Origin: Pavona decussata
Lineage: Eukaryota
NCBI GenBank assembly: GCA_977016875.1
Contig: CDRNST010000013.1
Location: forward strand, 1,860,001 to 1,924,000
Direction of reading: 5' to 3'
DNA length: 64,000 bases
The notes under the pieces were generated by a model. The model saw nothing but the letters and a program-made list of their open reading frames with translations. It had not been told where the DNA came from and ran no database searches. Shown here one piece after another: positions 60,701 to 64,000 of this stretch (positions are counted from its first letter, which is position 1; each line of letters begins with the position of its first letter). Made by a program: the position numbers and the translations under genes.

Positions 60701-63445
60701 CTGTTATCAAACAACGTGTTGTTAATGTGGCAATCATGGTGAAAGTCTCACTTTTTACTTCAAATATCAAAAGACGACAATAATTGGATGTTCATTGTCC
60801 ACTATTTGCTCTGGGACAAGGTTCTGTTTATTGACTACCATCCACACTGGTACACCTGTAGGTTAAAGAAGCCATTCACATAAGATTTCACCCTAACACC
60901 ATCAACAGGGATAACAGAATTACAAATCCCATAAGCTAGGCTGACCATAATCAAACAGCATGACAGTGAATTGGTACCACACCAGACCCCTGGGGGAGCA
61001 GTGTGTAGTCTGAACAACGAGGACTGAAATCCTCAAATCACTGACAACCAAAGCAAGTATTGAAATGCACCAGTCACCATCAACCATGGGCTACTCATAT
61101 TGATCCGCAGCCAGGCAACACCATCACCTGATGAAGACCAGCAGAATAGCGGTCGAAATGTTGAAATTCGCACCAACATGGGCACGACGCAATCATGAGA
61201 CAAAAGATTAATTTTGAGCCATCAGCAACTTACTTGATTCCAATTTTCTTGTTGATCTGTTCCACACTGACCACTTCATGGCGATACTTCAGCTCCTTTT
61301 CAGAAAAAAAAAAGAGAAAAGTATATTGAAAATATGAGTCTAATAATTAGACTCTCATACACATAATTATTATGTGTACAAGACTAAAATTATGTATTGT
61401 ATATTTTAAAAGTACATCTCCTCCCCCACAAAAGATCCCAGGAGGGTGGCATGGGAGGGGCCCTCAAAGGCCAAAACAATTTCAAGGAAAGGATGATCAA
61501 AGCTGAAGTGAAATTTCCAGAGGCATAGGAGCCAGGGGGTCTTAGAAAAAAATCCCTTCTGATGGGAAGCATGGATATTTTATGGAGCTATATATTATTA
61601 GAATTCAGTCTGTAATTTATGTGTGGAAATTACCAGTAAGTGACATAGTTCAATTATTCCACACCTGGAACTCTACAAGACAAGGCAAACTTAACATGTG
61701 ACCCTTGTCTGAAATGACCTAGCCAATCACTAGTTTCCTTACTGAATACTGCAGGCAAGACCAGACTTGTTCTCTGAAGACCCATGCTTGAGACAACATA
61801 ATACTTGTACATGTATGGTTTACTTGTCTAACTAGTGCTGTCCACAAAGAGTTTTTATTCCTTTTGTAAAGTTAAACAGCAACATACCGGATAGACAACA
61901 ACTGTGCCATCTGGCTGTTCTACTTCCACAGACTCCACCCTGAAAAAAAAAGCAACATGAATGTGAGAATAGAGATACATGTAAGTGATATAATTTAACA
62001 GGCTGACTTTTAGTTTGTTACTGACTGTTGATAAAAGACTCTCAGAAGTAACAGTAACACATATATAAATATGGTGGGACTTGTATTGTTTGGATGCAAT
62101 TAAGTCTTCTAGAATGCCATTGTCATATAAAAGGTGTCTTCTTTGTTTTCAGTGTGCACAACAGTACTTACACAAATGGCTCATCACAATAAACACTGAA
62201 CATTGTCACCAAAGTATCAAGGACAATTTTTGCCTGTAGAACAAAAAGTATAAATACAATATGAAACAATCAGTCCATTAAGTTAACTTGATAAGTTTTA
62301 TAGTGATGGTTAAGGCTTTATGCGGCCACCTATGGATATTAATGTGCCAACCAGAGGCATTAATGACTGTTGAAACAAAGAAGTCTTTTGTTTCAACTGT
62401 GAAAATTTGAGTAACAAACACATTTTAACTATCAAATGTAATATTAAACATTGCTATACTACTGGTCATATTGGTGCCTGGAGGCAAATGATCATCCCTG
62501 CTCCACAATCCTCAGGTAGTTTTCCAGGTTAGTCAGTTCTTGCACATGTGAGTGAAATAGGAGAAGCAGCTGTTGCATTCTCAAACTCTGGCTGGTTATA
62601 CTGCAATTCTTTGCCTTAGAATACTACAAGACTTAAATACACTGTATGTACAGTAAGTTCAACTTTTCTTGTTTTTTTTTTTAATGCCTGAACTCAGGTT
62701 CAATTCAAGCAAGTTTGTTTTGGTTTTACTGTCCTTCATCTCAGACTCATCACCATAATATACATGTTGAACAAAGCAAAATATAAAATCAAACTGATTT
62801 AAAACACCTCAGTTGCCTCTCTCCCCCCCCCCTCCAAATTTAACTAGAACATAATTATCTATGTGACTCTTATAGGGTTACCTTGTGCAGGTCTGTAGCT
62901 GTGCTTTCTATGAAGACATTTCTTGTGTTGAGAGTAATCTTTGAATGTTCTCCTACAAGGGAAAAACCAAGGGTGTAACTATGTGAAGTTACATTGTAAA
63001 CTACTTGAGACATACATGTATAATGCCATAATGCCATTTTAAAATCAAAGTTAAAGACAAACCTTTTTAAGTTAGCATAAATTATAGTTTGTTATGATAA
63101 TTTTCACAATAGTCCACTTTGCTACATGTATGTTGATTTCTAAAATTATGTACTGTAAAGCGCTTTAGAATATTTTATAATTTTAGCACCATATAAATTA
63201 AGTTTATTATTATTATTATTATTATTATTATAATAATTATTATTATTATTATTACAGATAGAAAATTATTAAAAAAGGCAAAAGTCAATTTCCTATTTAC
63301 AAACTAAAAAGGAGTTTGCTCTGTCCATGAACTTACCATTGATAATTGGTGGCATTGACAGTACAACACCATTAGCATCAAATATAACAGGATAAACAGG
63401 TTTGTCTCTAATGATTGGCAGGTACTGTTTCAAATGGCTTTCTCC
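51554..63445 (-). CDS. FARSB: Phenylalanyl-tRNA synthetase beta subunit (cytoplasmic), last 13 coding exons; 5' part off the right edge
   Basis: Exons 63337-63445, 62882-62952, 62172-62233, 61888-61939, 61234-61295, 60594-60700, 57999-58099, 56668-56748, 55643-55735, 54179-54296, 53744-53808, 53125-53224, 51554-51705. They translate to diagnostic FARSB peptides: [67 protein letters not shown]. Confidence 0.97.
52022..52135. repeat. Hairpin MITE-like repeat, copy 2
   Basis: aatatcgcctgattttagcc...ggctaagtatcaggcgatatt. Confidence 0.7.
53125..53224 (-). CDS. FARSB: FARSB exon
   Basis: [33 protein letters not shown]. Confidence 0.95.
53744..53808 (-). CDS. FARSB: FARSB exon
   Basis: [22 protein letters not shown]. 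Confidence 0.95.
54179..54296 (-). CDS. FARSB: FARSB exon
   Basis: [39 protein letters not shown]. Confidence 0.95.
55643..55735 (-). CDS. FARSB: FARSB exon
   Basis: [31 protein letters not shown]. Confidence 0.95.
55785..56172. repeat. Decayed fold-back element
   Basis: Arms 55800-55920 and 55982-56100 are imperfect inverted repeats (gggggtaacc...gataattaagc versus gcttaattatc...gttacccccaa). Confidence 0.55.
56668..56748 (-). CDS. FARSB: FARSB exon
   Basis: [27 protein letters not shown]. Confidence 0.95.
57041..57279. mobile_element. Harbinger/Tourist-type MITE
   Basis: TIRs GCCCCA(A/G)TTGTTCAAAGGCCGGATAACTTTATCC; TSD CAG (57038-57040, 57280-57282). Confidence 0.88.
57999..58099 (-). 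CDS. FARSB: FARSB exon, preceded by non-AG acceptor
   Basis: [34 protein letters not shown]. Confidence 0.93.
58634..60453. mobile_element. Non-autonomous Tc1/mariner/pogo-type element (1.8 kb) inside the FARSB U12 intron
   Basis: 29-bp perfect TIR CAGTACCGTGCAAATGTAAGTTGACAGTC; TA TSD; subterminal TCGA-rich arrays. Confidence 0.9.
59602..60045. mobile_element. Nested MITE with 6-bp TSD (hAT-like)
   Basis: TIR TATACCTGCCAACT; TSD AATTAG (59596-59601, 60046-60051); internal TCTCACGC repeats. Confidence 0.85.
60594..60700 (-). CDS. FARSB: FARSB exon, followed by U12 donor ATATCCTTT
   Basis: [35 protein letters not shown]. Confidence 0.93.
60797..61200 (+). mobile_element. Penelope-like element fragment (GIY-YIG C-terminus and decayed hammerhead)
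   Basis: [19 protein letters not shown], frameshift, [17 protein letters not shown]; CTGATGA...GAAA core at 61128-61158. Confidence 0.7.
61234..61295 (-). CDS. FARSB: FARSB exon
   Basis: [20 protein letters not shown]. Confidence 0.9.
61888..61939 (-). CDS. FARSB: FARSB exon
   Basis: [17 protein letters not shown]. Confidence 0.9.
62172..62233 (-). CDS. FARSB: FARSB exon
   Basis: [20 protein letters not shown]. Confidence 0.93.
62882..62952 (-). CDS. FARSB: FARSB exon
   Basis: [24 protein letters not shown]. Confidence 0.95.
63153..63253 (+). mobile_element. Extreme 3' end of the same LINE family with (ATT)n tail
   Basis: ctgtaaagcgctttagaatattttataattttagcaccatataaatt is near-identical to the reverse complement of about 46575-46635. 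Confidence 0.75.
63337..63445 (-). CDS. FARSB: FARSB exon
   Basis: [36 protein letters not shown]. Confidence 0.95.
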
Positions 63446-64000
63446 CTGGAGAAAAATGAAACAGAGTGTGTTATCAGTGACAGAATGTGACAATATTTGC
63501 AGCAGGGACAAACGGTTTCACTGTACAATAGCTGATTTTAACAACAGGTACTCTTTAGTAGCTTGAAGGTGACTTTTTCGTCTTGTGTGCAGTGGGCAGA
63601 TAAATCTTAACAAAATTATGCAAAAGAGAGGGAAAATTATGACTAAACCCAGAATTATTTATTTCAAACAGCATTCACCTACTGGAATTAAGGTGTTTAT
63701 ACTTTCAAGTAAAAATTTAAAAAGATAACTGTTACTGTTTCTGTGCACACTTTAAAACAGATCCAAATAAGGGCCTGTTAATTAATAATTTATACTCTTT
63801 CCCTTAAATCAGTTTTTGTTAAGGCATGTGCAATGTTTTACCCAGCAACAGCAAACTGAAAGTCAAGTTAAGTGTGAGATTGTTCCTGCCGAGATTTATC
63901 ACAGTCACTTAAATTTTCATCATCACTTTCTGGGGTGGGTGACTAGAGGGCATTGAATAACTAAAATCAAAAAGCTGAAAATTAAGGCAGCACATCACCA

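Overview
Eukaryotic, intron-rich, AT-rich animal DNA. The repeat families suggest an anthozoan, probably a stony coral (inference). Two genes lie on the minus strand. (1) A large perlecan/HSPG2-like extracellular matrix gene: I reconstructed 31 phase-consistent coding exons from the ATG at 44722 down to 776 (about 3,280 codons), and it probably continues off the left edge. Architecture: signal peptide, propeptide ending in RDRR, LamG/pentraxin-like domain, one LDLa, two [laminin-EGF/L4/laminin-EGF] modules, then at least 5 Ig domains. The first L4 domain is split by a 5,209-nt exon encoding an acidic Thr/Ser/Glu-rich mucin-like array of about 1,700 aa, preceded by RxxR sites and an acidic DGSG motif. 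(2) The last 13 coding exons of FARSB (63445 to 51554), including a U12-type intron that appears to have AT-AA termini. Introns and intergenic DNA hold a 5.3-kb decayed PIF/Harbinger element, several MITEs with clear TIRs and TSDs (some nested), an L2/CR1-type LINE fragment, Penelope-like relics with hammerhead cores, microsatellites and a 177-N assembly gap.
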